Positions 48,741-63,451 of a stretch of DNA of 64,000 nucleotides are shown piece after piece (position 1 is the first letter of the stretch; the number at the start of each line of letters is the position of its first letter). Source of the stretch: Eledone cirrhosa (lineage: Eukaryota); assembly GCA_964016885.1 (NCBI GenBank), contig OZ024762.1, positions 3,348,001 to 3,412,000 of the forward strand. Direction: 5' to 3'. The translations under genes and the position numbers were made by a program. The notes below the pieces were generated by a model. It was not told the origin of the DNA. It ran no database searches and saw only the letters and a program-made list of their open reading frames with translations.

Positions 48741-49108
48741 ATCATCATCACCGTTTTATGTCCGTTCTTCCACGTTAGCATAGGTTAGACGAGTTGTCCT
48801 GTTGTGGGCAGTGCCCAGTCGGCTGACCATGCTTTGCTCATACGGGAACTGTTTCTCGCTTGATTTCTACAGCTGGATGCCCTTCCTAACACCAACCTTA
48901 TTTACAGTGAGTGATGGGTGCTTTTTTCCCGTGGCGCCTACATGTCCACTTTACAGTGTGGGCTGGGTGCTTTTTTGCTGTGGCACCTCCACGACCACTT
49001 TGCAGTGGAATGATAGGGACCCCAGTCCTATCATCTCATTTCTACAGCTGAGTAAACTGGAGCAATGTGAAATAAAGTGTCTTGCTTGAGCAATGTGAAA
49101 TAAAGTGA
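48741..49108 (-). mobile_element. SINE family 1 lacking its head
   Basis: Reverse complement of the SINE body and tail; many further partial copies (e.g. 1605-1850, 3335-3500, 9230-9445, 26040-26880, 30055-30390). Confidence 0.75.
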
Positions 49109-49124
49109 TATATATATATATCGA

Positions 49125-49453
49125 GCAAAGGCTAAAAGAACAACAAATGCAAAATATAAATCCATTACAGGATGTGCAATGATAAATTCTATTTTGCTTT
49201 AAAATTTGAACGAAATCGGTGGCAAAATGTGGGAGTTAGACCCAAATATCTTATTTTTTGATACCTAAAAAAAGGTGACCCCCCCCCCCCCCCCATATCG
49301 ATTTTTAGCTGCAGAATAAAAAAATGATACGCTGATATATAGAAAACACTCCCTGATGACTAATCTATGAGCCTGTAAAGTTTCATGAAAATCGGTCATA
49401 AATCAATACACAGACACACAGACGCACATACTTAATTTTATATATATACAGAT
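49125..49453. mobile_element. Possible non-autonomous Helitron-like element
   Basis: aaatttgaacgaaatcgg and aagtttcatgaaaatcgg motifs, (acag)-rich stretch and ttttatatata end resemble HINE/DINE-type elements; similar end at 14810-14990. Confidence 0.35.
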
Positions 49454-51061
49454 GTAATAAACAGAGGATGTACACATTAAACCGTCTCTCTTCTTCATAA
49501 TCTTGAAACTCCAGTTGATCCTTTATTGATAACATTCTTAGGAATACAAATTGTAGAGTGCTTTACACCTGCTTTACAAAAGGTTGGTGGATTATCTGAT
49601 CAACCAACTTTCCTTAATTAAATAATATACCTACCTACCTACCTAGAAATATATATATATGTCTATCTGTTTATCTATCTCTCTCTCTCTATATATATAT
49701 ATATATGAGGGTTGGTTGAAAGGTTTATAGGCTGATTATGAAGGAGTGATGCTAGAGCTGTGAAATCTTGCAGGCATTAATTTCAACTCCTCTTATTAAT
49801 AACTGTTGTCTGGTTGCAGTATAGAATGTGAAGGCATATGGCTTAGTGGTTATGGTGCTGGCTTCATGATTATATAGTTGTGGGTTCAATTACTGGCCCA
49901 GGTGACACACTGTGTTCTTGAGCAAGATGCTTCTTTCCATGTTTTTCTTTCATGATAGGACTGAGGCCTGTAACATTATAATAACTGTTTCTACTTTTGG
50001 CACAAAGCCAGCAATTACCCCCAGTGCATTACTGGTACTTCATTTTAAGGATGAAAGGCAATATTAACCTCAGCAGGATTTGAACTCAGAACATAAAGAG
50101 CCATAACTCTATGCTGCAAAGCATGGTGTCCGACACTCTACCAATACTGCCAAGTGCAAGGAATCGCTTATGAGATCCAACCTTGTAGATGGTCAGCTAA
50201 ACCTACATAGGTTTCAGTATGGAATGTATGTTGATAGTATCTCAATTTGAATGGGTTTGCTCTAAGTCCACTGTAGTTCTCACAATTATTTTGTTTAAAT
50301 ATGCACACTGTTGAGCAGTAACGCAACTGCATTCTTTAAACATTCCCCACAGAAACAACTGGTTTCAGAAAGTTATACACTTTCATATTTAACCCTTAAG
50401 CATTTACATTACTCGATATTTACTATTATATTTTCATGGTAAAGGCTTTACCTCACTTAATTATCTCATGCAGTGTCGAATCTATGAGATTTTGATATTA
50501 TTTATTTTCAGAACATTACCTTAACATAAGTATGAGCAACTGGTTATGGCCAGTTTGAACAGAAACAGGTGAGAGAATTCTGGCTAGATACAGCCGGTTT
50601 AAATGGTAAAGGGTTAAATGGAGTTTGGTGTAACTAAAAGTTTGAGATATTTCTGATTGGTACTAGAGAAAAACGCATGAATTAAGGAGTGGCAAACAAG
50701 TAGCTTTAATAGAAATTGCAGGAAATATTTGTAATGTTTGAAAAAATATATAGTAGATAAAAGATTTACAAATTCTCTGCCAAGACAAAGTGCTTAATTC
50801 AGGGCTGTCATATAGTGTGTTTGTGTGTGTGTGTGTATATATATATGTATATGTTTTTATATTGGGATTAAATCTCCACTATGGTAACCCTTCTACCTTT
50901 GTTTTGTTTTCATCTTTGTCTCTCTCAATTTTCACTTTCACCTGTTTCTCCTATCTATCATTCACTTCCTACCTCGAGATTTCCCTCTGCATTGTTGTGG
51001 CTTTCTTAACTACGTATTTTATATATATGTATATATATATGTATATATATATGTACATATA

Positions 51062-51114
<53 letters not shown>

Positions 51115-51115
<1 letters not shown>

Positions 51116-51550
51116 TAAATGGAAAAAAATGAAATTTCATTTCTCACTCTTAGTATAGCAGATACTTAAATGTAAGTATGTATACGTACATACATATATG
51201 TATACAGACGTACAGTAGTATGTATATACATACATACATGCACACATATATATATATATGTACGTATGGGTTTACCGAACACTTATTATAATGCTCGGTT
51301 TGTTTGTAAACAAACAGCCCGAATTATTAGCCGTACAGTGTTCAGCAACCATCGCTGCCCTATTTGTTCAACACTGACAAAGGAACGATGAACTGGTTTC
51401 TAGCTTATTAGCTGTCATCAGCACCGTATACTTCCTGTCAGTTGATTGAATGTTTGAAAGTATATACTTTCCTTATGCATATTAACGGCTGAGCAGCCTA
51501 ATTTGCATATTGAGTGAGTTAGTCGGACGGGCGTACCGAAAACGATAAAT
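51115..51550 (-). mobile_element. Unit-length, circularly permuted copy of the same HHR element
   Basis: Reverse complement aligns by eye to 32409-32798 and then 32360-32414; ataaat at both ends. Confidence 0.65.
51373..51442 (-). ncRNA. Type-I hammerhead motif, second copy of the 32517 family
   Basis: Same core and stems; stem III reads A-ccag-U. Confidence 0.72.
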
Positions 51551-51648
51551 ATCGATGATAGTCAGAAGATCACTGATGATGGACAGTCCCGTTTCTCGCT
51601 CTATTTTTCTTACTGTGTCTTCTTTTCTTCGGCGAAAGAAGGGAGAGA

Positions 51649-51693
51649 AGCTAACAAACTGTCTGTTTCACGCTGTTGGCGATCATCAGAGCC
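51649..51693 (-). ncRNA. Hammerhead motif of another family
   Basis: ggct-CTGATGA-t-cgc-caaca-gcg-t-GAAA-cagac-a-gtttg-TT-agct; stem I only 4 bp. Confidence 0.5.
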
Positions 51694-52541
51694 GAAGTTT
51701 ATAGAGGCTGGATTCTTATAGAATTCCTGTAATAATCAGGAGCTGATTATACAGAGCGATTGGCGGTCCAGCAAAAATTAGGTATTAGGATTGGTGCTCT
51801 GAAATAGCGATGTATACATGAATGTATGTATAGTATATTTGGCAATATACCGTATGTTTATTTACCGTATGATTTGTTATATCTGTTTACTTTTTGCACA
51901 CACACACACATATATGTGTGTATATATATATATATATACACATCTCTACCACAACATCACTGTCACTACATTATCACACCACCATCAACAACAACAACAA
52001 CAACACCACCATCAACCCCCTACCACTACCACCAGCACCACCACCATCAACAACACCACCACCATTACTACCACAACACCACTGCCACCACCATCAACCC
52101 ACTACCACCACCACCACCATCAACACCAGCACCACCACCATCACCATCAACACCACCACCAGCACCATCAACACCACCACCACCAACCACCATTACTACC
52201 ACAACACCACCGCCACCACCATCAACCCCTCTACCACCACCACCATCACCATCACCACCACCATTACTACCACAACACCACTGCCACCACCATCAACCCC
52301 CTACCACCACCATCACCATCAATGCCACACCACCAACACCCCCACCACTATTTATTCCACATTCCTGCTATTCTCTCTATCCCCCCTCCTCCTCCTCTCT
52401 CTCTCCCTCTCTCTGTCCATCTCTCTTCTTCCTTCCTTCACTTCTTGGTCCCCTCATTCGTCCATTTTTTCACTTGTCTGTTCTCTCGTTCTTCCATTCC
52501 TACACAGCTAAACCACATCACTTTCACTTTCTCTCTCTCTC

Positions 52542-52611
<70 letters not shown>

Positions 52612-52808
52612 GGAAAAAGTATGACCCCGATGGCAGAGCTCAAGCCGTTTCGACGGCTATTTCTGTACTGAGTCCAGAAATAGCCATTGAAATGGCTTGA
52701 GCTCTGCCGTCGGGGTCATACTTTTTCCTATTTCCCACTCTACTACCCTAAGTATTGAGTACTCTGGTGCATTATGGTCCATCTGGTTCCTTACCACACT
52801 TCCTTTGT

Positions 52809-52863
<55 letters not shown>

Positions 52864-52902
52864 GTATATATATATATACATATATATATATACATACATA
52901 TA

Positions 52903-53060
<158 letters not shown>

Positions 53061-53061
53061 C

Positions 53062-53118
<57 letters not shown>

Positions 53119-53727
53119 CAGATATCATCATCACCGTTTTACGTTCGTTCTTCCACGCTAGCATGGGTTAGACGGGTTGTCCTGTTGTGGGCAGTGTCTG
53201 GTCGGCTGACCATGCCTTGCTCATATATATCTCAATCACACCCCCTCAATCTCTATCAATCTCTCTCTCTCTATCACACTCCCTCCCTCTCTATCACTCC
53301 ACCCCCTCTCTCTATCACACTCCCTCCCTCTCTATCACTCTCTCCCCCCTCTCTCTATCTCTCTCTATCACTCTCTCTCTATATATCACACTCACACCCT
53401 CTCTATCACTCCTTCTCTCCATCACCCTCTCTATCAATCTCTCCCCCTCTCTCTATCACTCACACCCTCTCTACCCCCCCCCCCCCCTCTCCCCACACTC
53501 AACATAGTCTGTCTCCTCCACCACCAAGCTGGATCATTCTCAGCTTTCCTCCAAATTTTCTCACCAATGGACTGAAGCTCCAGATATTGGATAACACACT
53601 CACACACACATATATACATATATATACACACACACACATATATTTATATATACACATACATAAACACACACATATATATATATACACACACACACATATT
53701 TATATATACACATACATAAACACACAC

Positions 53728-53758
<31 letters not shown>

Positions 53759-54194
53759 TATATTTATATATAGACATACATAAACACACACATATATATA
53801 CACACACATATATATACACACACATATTTATATATAGACATACATAAACACACATATATATATATACACACACACATATTTATATATAGACATACATAAA
53901 CACACACATATATATATATACACACACATATAAATATAAACATATATAGATATATATAGACACATACATATACATATATATATATACACATACATAAACA
54001 CATATATATACACACACATATATATATGTAACAATTCTCCACTCCAGCTGAGCTGTCGTGAGACACACATATACAACATATACATACATACATATATATA
54101 TACAGACACACATATACAACATATACATACATATATATATATATACAGACACACTCAGACATACTTATATATAGATACAATTTTTTACTGGTTT

Positions 54195-54460
54195 CAGTCT
54201 TGGACTGGGACTATGCTGGAGCACAGTTTTCAACGGTATACTCAACCATTTCGACAGCAATACTTATGTTCAAGTCTAGTACTTATTTGATCAATCTCCG
54301 TTTGTTGAACTGCAACGTCACAGAGTTGCTGATACAGACATCGATTCGATATGGACACCTGTACAAAAATAGGGCGGGCTTTCACACAGTTTCCATCTAC
54401 CAAATATTTACTCCCACTGGTCAAGTTGAGGCTGTAGGTCGAGGCCTCTGGGGCAGAACT
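54195..54460 (-). mobile_element. Probable degenerate SINE of a third family
   Basis: ggtagatggaaactgtgtgaaagccc and aataagtactagactt resemble octopus SINE sequence as I recall it; single copy here. Confidence 0.4.
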
Positions 54461-54799
54461 TGGTGGTCTTTTGTGACTCTGGAACAAACTTTTTAACCAC
54501 ATCATCATCATCATCATTTTACGTCCGCTTTTCCCTGCTTGTAAGGGTGGGACTACATATAATTCATTTTTCCCTGCTTGTAAGGGTGGGACTACATATA
54601 ATTCATTTTTCCCTGCTTGCAAGGGTGGGACTACATATAATTTTTTTTTTTTTTATAAATGACTCTTACAGGATTAATTCTGTTTCCTCTTAAGTACCTC
54701 TGAGAGTTATCTCCATTTCAGACAGGAGTATAAACTATTACACACACACACACACCCATATATTTATATAATTTTATAATTTTGTAGACACACACACTC

Positions 54800-54836
<37 letters not shown>

Positions 54837-54846
54837 AATATCTATA

Positions 54847-54915
<69 letters not shown>

Positions 54916-54963
54916 ATATGAAGCATTAAAGTAATATATTCCATTTACTTTTTGCATACATAC

Positions 54964-55052
<89 letters not shown>

Positions 55053-55055
55053 CAT

Positions 55056-55096
<41 letters not shown>

Positions 55097-55432
55097 CATA
55101 TATATATGTATATATGTAGACATGTTTATAGCAATGTATATATATATGTAAATCTGCATGTACACTGTATAACAAACACATGCATGCATGCACACATAAA
55201 CAAATAATATGCACACACACACATGCAAGGGAGTTTGCTCCCTTGCGTCTTTTGAGTGAGATTTTTCATTAACACTATTCACTATCCTTCATATTATGGA
55301 TCTAATTTAATTAGATTATAAGTTATATTAGGTTCATTTCTTTAAATATAATAGCCTTCATTTAACTGATACTATACACACAAAGACTGACACACATATC
55401 TCTCTCTCTCTCTATATATATATATATCTATA

Positions 55433-55532
<100 letters not shown>

Positions 55533-55636
55533 GTAATCATATATTGATGGAATCACCACAGGAGCAGTAGAAATATTTTCAAAACTGCATTTATATATGC
55601 ACACACATATATAACTCACACACAGTTATATATACT

Positions 55637-55671
<35 letters not shown>

Positions 55672-56169
55672 TTACATACATATATATATATACAAACATA
55701 CACACATATATAATACATACATACACACATATATACTTACATACATATATATATATATACTTACATACATATATATATATATACAAACATACACACATAT
55801 ATAATACATACATACACACATATATATTTACATACATATATATATATATACTTACATACATATATATATATACAAACATACGCACATATAATACATACAT
55901 ACACACATATATATATATATATACTTACATACATATATATATATACAAACATACGCACATATAATACATACATACACACATATATATTTACATACATATA
56001 TATATACTTACATACATATATATATATACAAACATACACACATATATAATACATACATACACACATATATATTTACATATATATATATAAATACATACAT
56101 ATATATACATATATATATACATACATACACGCAAGCACACACACGCGTATACACATATATATATATACA

Positions 56170-56700
56170 CGCAAGCACACACATGCGTATACACTGATAT
56201 ATATACAGACATACACACAGGCACACACATGCATATACACTGATATATATACAGACATACACGCAGGCACACACATGTGTATACACTGATATATATACAG
56301 ACATACACGCAAGCACACACATGCGTATACACTGATATATATACAGACATACACGCAAGCACACACATGCGTATACACTGATATATATACAGACATACAC
56401 GCAGGCACACACATGCGTATACACTGATATATATACAGACATACACGCAGGCACACACATGTGTATACACTGATATATATACAGACATACACGCAAGCAC
56501 ACACATGCGTATACACTGATATATATACAGACATACACGCAAGCACACACATGCGTATACACTGATATATATACAGACATACACGCAAGCACACACATGC
56601 GTATACACTGATATATATACAGACATACACGCAGGCACACACATGTGTATACACTGATATATATACAGACATACACGCAAGCACACACATGCGTGCATAT
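56170..56700. repeat. 46-bp tandem x~11 upstream of the signal-peptide exon
   Basis: gtatacactgatatatatacagacatacacgcaRgcacacacatgY. Confidence 0.9.
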
Positions 56701-56799
56701 ACCTCTGAATAACCACAGACGTACAGACTTGGAGACATAAAGACACATATACATACACACGTATATATGTACCCACACACAACAACAACAACAACAATC

Positions 56800-56863
56800 A
56801 TGAAGTGCGGGAAAACGTACCTTGTGATGATGATGACCCTGGGGTTGCTTGTCGGCCAAACAG
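56800..56863 (+). CDS. Probable first coding exon of a secreted or membrane protein (signal-peptide-like MKCGKTYLVMMMTLGLLVGQT, phase-1 intron)
   Basis: aatcATG context with A at -3; basic N-region then hydrophobic core; perfect donor CAG|gtaagt; downstream exons not identified. Confidence 0.65.
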
Positions 56864-56949
56864 GTAAGTCTCTGTGATGGTGTGGCCTCCATCCATCTCC
56901 TTTTTCTCTTCTGTAATATGACAGCTAAGTGTGTGTGTATATATATATG

Positions 56950-56986
<37 letters not shown>

Positions 56987-57554
56987 TTGTGTACATATAT
57001 ATATAATTACATATCTATCATCATCATCATCATCATCATCATCATTTATTATCCACTTTCCATGCTAGCATGGGTATCATTATATATATATATATGTATG
57101 TATATACACAGACACATATATATATATACATATATGTATATATATATATATACATGTATATGTATGTATATATATATATATACATGTATATATATATATA
57201 TGTATATACACAGACACACATATATATATATACATATATATGCATATAAATATACACATACATATATGTAGACATACATATAAACATATATATTCATAGA
57301 CACACAATTATATATATATATATACATATTAACATATATATATTCATAGACACACAATTATATATATATATATACATATATTTAAAAGTTAAACAAGGTT
57401 CAATGAATAAATCAAAGAATGAGTTTTATAATAGATTGGAAGCACTCAACAGATTGGTTTTCCAGAATTATTAATATTAATTCAAAATATTAACAAAATC
57501 TACCATGACTGAATCTTGACCATCTAGTATGTCAGGGTATGTCATGCATCATCT

Positions 57555-57621
57555 TATTTTATCTGATGAGGACGTACTGTTGAACTTAACTCAGTACCTC
57601 TGAAATATGTATAATAAAATA
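57555..57621 (+). ncRNA. Type-I hammerhead motif
   Basis: tattttat-CTGATGA-ggac-gtactg-(12 nt)-cagtac-ctct-GAAA-tatgta-TA-ataaaata; 8-bp stem I. Confidence 0.6.
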
Positions 57622-58267
57622 TACTTGATCACAAGAATATCTATTTTGTTAATATTTTGAATTAATATATACATCATCATCATCATCATCATCATCACCG
57701 TTTTACGTCCGTTCTTCCACGCTAGCATGGGTTAGACGACATATATATATATAGACATACATATTAACATATATATATTTATAGACACACAATTATATAT
57801 ATAAATAAATACATACTCATATATATATATATATATATTTATATGTATAAACATATTAATATATATATGTATACATAGACACATATATATATAAATAAAT
57901 ACATACGTAGATATACATATATATACACACACATACAAATATATAGACGTACATATTAATATATATGTATACATACACACACACATATATATATTTATAT
58001 ATACACATGCTCACATATGTATCTATAGATGTACATACATACATATACATACATGATATAACTGCAAGATTATATATTTTTTGAAAAAGTCAATGATTGT
58101 TAATTTGCTAGATAGATATCCATGTTTGTATATATAATATATATATATGTGTGTGTGTATGTTACAAATATATAGATATATGCGTATGTATACAGTTAGA
58201 AATATGTGTAAGAAAATGGATCGATATGCAGAGAGGCGTGTGTTTATGCAAGTTTATGTATTTGTAT

Positions 58268-59732
58268 ATCATCATCATTCTACGTCCGCTTTTCCCTGCT
58301 TGCAGGGGTGGGACGGGTTCTATTCAGCACAGCATCTCTCCACTTGCCACGGTCCTTTGTCATCTCCTCCGTGAGTTTCAGCGATCTGAGGTCTACTCTT
58401 ATGTTTTTCGTGGTCTTCCTCTACTGCGTCTTCCTTCTACTGGGATTTCTTGGCACTTCTTTACCCAGCGGTCATCCTCCATGCGCATCACATGTCCATA
58501 CCATCTCAGTCTTCTCTCTGCACAACACAGTTTCTTTCTCAACTCGTCTATGCTTGGTCGTTCACGCACATTGATATTGCACATCCAACGGAGCATGCTT
58601 GCCTCATTTTTCTCCAGCCGTCGCATATCTTCTGCAGTTGCTGCCCATGTCTCACTACCATGCAGCATCGCGCATCTCACACGGGCATCATATAACTGTC
58701 CTTTCGTACGCAGGGAGAAACCCTTCTTTGTCAACAGAGGAAGCAGCTCCCTAAACTTCTTCCAACTCATCCTTATTCTAGATACTATGGCCTCGGAACA
58801 CCCTCCTCCCATGCTAATCTGATCACCTAGGTACCGGAAGCTATCAACCACTTCTATAGAACCTACCTGCATTGGAAATATGTGTCTATCAATGGGACTT
58901 CTACTGCCAACTTTCCCTGTACATCTACTGTATATGTAGTTTTCCCTACCTGTTAGTTTGCCTGCTATTCCATTACATCTCTTGTGTACCCAAGATCTGC
59001 ATTGCGTACATTTTATGGAATTTATGCCAGTTCCTTTCCTACATATCGAACATGGCCATTTCCCTGATGGAATCAGAGTATTGTCCTCTCTTCTACTTAT
59101 CAACACTTTTGTCTTAGATAGGTTCACTCTCAGGCCTCTTGATTCCAATTGCTGTTTCCATAGCCAGAATATATTCTCTAGCTCCTCTACTGATTCTACT
59201 ATAAGAACCAGATCATCAGCATAAAGAAGTTCCCATGGGCATCCAGTCTTAAACTCCTCTGTTATGGCTTGGAGGGCTATAATGAACAAGAGTGGGCTGA
59301 GGACCGAACCTTGACATACACCTACTTGTATCTGGAATTCATCACTAAACTCCATTCCTACCCTCACTTTACTGACAGCACCCCTGTACATAGCTTGCAC
59401 TGTCCTCACAAGCCATTCCTCAACACCTTAGGGACCACCAGATGACAGATCGGGGTACCCTATCAAAGGCTTTCTTTAGGTCAACAAAGGCTAAGTATAG
59501 TGGCTTATTCTTCTCTACGAACTTCTCTTGTAGTTGTCTCACTAAGAAGAGGGCATATGTTGTACTTTTCCGAGGACAAAACCAAACTGCATCTCATCTA
59601 GTTTGACCCTTTCTCTAATCAGTTGCACTAATATTCTCTCTACCACTTTCATAACCTGATCCATCAGCTTTATGCCCCTATAATTTCTCCTGTCCAGAGC
59701 ATCCCCTTTACCTTTGTAGCAATTCATGAGAA
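58268..59732 (-). mobile_element. RTE family B, 5'-truncated
   Basis: ORFs 58399-59409 (YADD) and 59542-59727; tail at about 58268-58318. Confidence 0.92.
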
Positions 59733-59864
59733 TATATATATATATATATATATATATAACGAAGGAAATGTGGTAAGGAACCAGATTTTTAATTTTTTTA
59801 ATTTTTTTATTCCAGAAATAGCCATCGAAACGGCTTGAGCTCAGCCGTCGGGGTCCTACTCGTT

Positions 59865-59950
<86 letters not shown>

Positions 59951-60049
59951 TACATACATACATATATATATATATGTATATACATATATATATATATATA
60001 CATATATATACATATATATATATACATATACACATATATATATATATAC

Positions 60050-60106
<57 letters not shown>

Positions 60107-60121
60107 CATATATATATATAC

Positions 60122-60157
<36 letters not shown>

Positions 60158-60373
60158 GTATATGTATGTTGAACAACGAAAACAAAGGATGAAGTTTATT
60201 GCTTTATCAGTTCATTGTTATATATATGTGTGTGTGTGTTTTGTGGGAGGGATATATGCTATTGTACATGAAAGAATTGTGATAATGTGTAATAAAAAAG
60301 CAACAAAGGCTTTGAAAATTTGGAGAAAATTGAAGATTGTTATCAAAGACTCTTGAAACCCACAATAACAATG

Positions 60374-60411
<38 letters not shown>

Positions 60412-60450
60412 TGTATATATATATATATATATACATGTACATATATATAT

Positions 60451-60491
<41 letters not shown>

Positions 60492-60520
60492 TATTTATGT
60501 ACATATATATATATGTACAC

Positions 60521-60553
<33 letters not shown>

Positions 60554-60648
60554 TAAACATATATATATGTACATATATATATATATATATATGTACATAT
60601 ATATATATATATATATATGTACATATATATATATATATATATATGTAC

Positions 60649-60717
<69 letters not shown>

Positions 60718-60734
60718 CATGTACATATATATAT

Positions 60735-60766
<32 letters not shown>

Positions 60767-60772
60767 GTATAT

Positions 60773-61122
60773 GGAGGCACATGGCTTAGTGGTTAGAGCA
60801 TTGGCCTTGCAATCGAAAGGTTGTGAGTTCAATTCTCAGACCGGGTGATGTGTTGTTTCCTTGAGCAAGACACTTTATTTCACATTGCTCCAGTTTACTC
60901 AGCTGTAGAAATGAGATGATAGGGACTGGGGTCCCTATCATTCCACTGCAAAGTGGTTGTGGAGGTGCCACGGCAAAAAAGCACCCAGCACTCACTATAA
61001 ATGAGGTTGGTGTTAGGAAGGGCATCCAGCTGTAGAAATCAAGCCAGAATCAGATCCCGTCCCACCCTTGCAAGCAGGGAAAAGTGGACGTAAAATGAAA
61101 TGATGATGATGATGATGATGAT
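60773..61122 (+). mobile_element. SINE family 1, full length
   Basis: Near-identical to 29014-29350. Confidence 0.85.
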
Positions 61123-61237
61123 GTATATATATATATATATATATATTTGTTTTGCACAGAGAAGAAGACAAAAATAAATAAATAAATAAACAGATAAAAT
61201 AAAAATGGCGTAGACATACAATACAAGAGGAGGAACT

Positions 61238-61288
61238 TAACAGTACCACTGATGATGTTGCAGATGTGCAACGAAATAACTTTGTTAG
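61238..61288 (+). ncRNA. Hammerhead relic lacking stem III
   Basis: CTGATGA-t-gttgca-gatg-tgcaac-GAAA with a perfect 6-bp stem II; no stem III or cleavage triplet recognisable. Confidence 0.35.
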
Positions 61289-61312
61289 ACTATATATATG
61301 TGTTTATATATA

Positions 61313-62270
61313 AGAAGACCCACCTTGCCTAAGTACAAAGCAAAAGCTACAGTCAGTAGGCACCTCTAACAAAATACACCCATGTCCCGCTACCCCCACC
61401 CCATCCACACCACCCCCTTAAATGTGAAGTTATGTTGGTACCACAACATCCAGTCCGAAACAGATGAGGTCGTGTAAGTGTCACGACAAAAAAACACACA
61501 GTCCACGCTGTAATGTGGCCATGTAGGTAACACGGTAAAAACCTCCCAGTCCACACTGTAAACGTGGTTGGTATTAGGAAGGGCACCCAGCCGTAGAAAA
61601 CCCGCCAGACGTGTAGGTGTCATGACAAAAAAACACACAGTCCACGCTGTAATGTGGCCATGTAGGTAACACGGTAAAAACCTCCCAGTCCACACTGTAA
61701 ACGTGGTTGGTATTAGGAAGGGCACCCAGCCGTAGAAAACCCGCCAGACGTGTAGGTGTCATGACAAAAAAACACACAGTCCACGCTGTAATGTGGCCAT
61801 GTAGGTAACACGGTAAAAACCTCCCAGTCCACACTGTAAACGTGGTTGGTATTAGGAAGGGCACCCAGCCGTAGAAAACCCGCCAGACGTGTAGGTGTCA
61901 TGACAAAAAAACACACAGTCCACGCTGTAATGTGGCCATGTAGGTAACACGGTAAAAACCTCCCAGTCCACACTGTAAACGTGGTTGGTATTAGGAAGGG
62001 CACCCAGCCGTAGAAAACCCGCCAGACGTGTAGGTGTCATGACAAAAAAACACACAGTCCACGCTGTAATGTGGCCATGTAGGTAACACGGTAAAAACCT
62101 CCCAGTCCACACTGTAAACGTGGTTGGTATTAGGAAGGGCATCCAGCCGTAGAAAACCAGCCAGACAGTCCTATACGAGCAGGACAACAAATCTTGCCTC
62201 AAGTGGGAAAACTCCCGTCCAAACCCATGCAAGCGTGGAAGATGGACGTTAAACGATGATGATGATGATC
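61313..62270 (+). mobile_element. RTE family A 3' UTR with a 139-bp tandem (~5 near-identical copies)
   Basis: ORF track offsets of exactly 139; same UTR as 12170-12573. Confidence 0.88.
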
Positions 62271-62688
62271 TATATTATATCTGAATTTTTGACCGTTGGT
62301 CAGTCAATGGTAAACATTGAGGACCAAATGAATTAACTGTGGAGATATAAAAGATACAGAAGTGAAAACCAACCAAACAGTGAGCGTATTTTGTTATTAT
62401 TTCTGGCCATATTATTACAACAATACGACCCTCCCCAAATATAAGAATATATATATATATATAAATATAAATTAAGCGAGAATCGCATATCGGCGGGTAG
62501 AAAAAGCGAAAGGAAACGCAAAAATCAGAAATAATGGTGGCAAGCGCTCCATAGTTAAAAATCCAGAGCTAAACAATATGTTAAGACGCCATCCAAAACT
62601 GAAAAAGTGGTCAACAAAGCATCAACCATCTAAGCCAAAAAGCAATTCAAGCTAAACAGGTCAAAACAAAATAAATGATGAAAAAACG

Positions 62689-62722
<34 letters not shown>

Positions 62723-62726
62723 ACAT

Positions 62727-62870
<144 letters not shown>

Positions 62871-62873
62871 TTG

Positions 62874-62922
<49 letters not shown>

Positions 62923-62938
62923 ATATATACATATACAT

Positions 62939-63067
<129 letters not shown>

Positions 63068-63320
63068 CATATATACATATATATATATATATAGGAACAA
63101 GTAAGACGCCGGTGGCTGGATGTTCTTCCTAACAACAACAACAACCACTTGACAGAGTGTCTTGATGTATTTCTTTATCACACCTGTACTAACACACACA
63201 CACACGCACACACAAACACACACACACACACACAAACACTGTATCTCTCTCTCACACACTTATGCATATATATATACAGACACACACATGCTCTCTCTCT
63301 CTCTCATATATATGTATGTG

Positions 63321-63371
<51 letters not shown>

Positions 63372-63417
63372 TATATACTGACAGTCGATTGACTTTCGTC
63401 AAATTGATCATCTGTTC

Positions 63418-63451
<34 letters not shown>

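Noticed and set aside
49348-49405. CTGATGA...GAAA...TC hammerhead candidate
   Set aside because: No stem I and no convincing stem II
62475-62670. Complex-sequence island as a possible exon 2 of the signal-peptide gene
   Set aside because: No good plus-strand acceptor and only short open frames in the readings I checked
63378-63418. Minus-strand cagatga-tcaatttgac-GAAA-gtc motif
   Set aside because: Core mismatch (CAGAUGA) and G at the cleavage position; too degenerate to call
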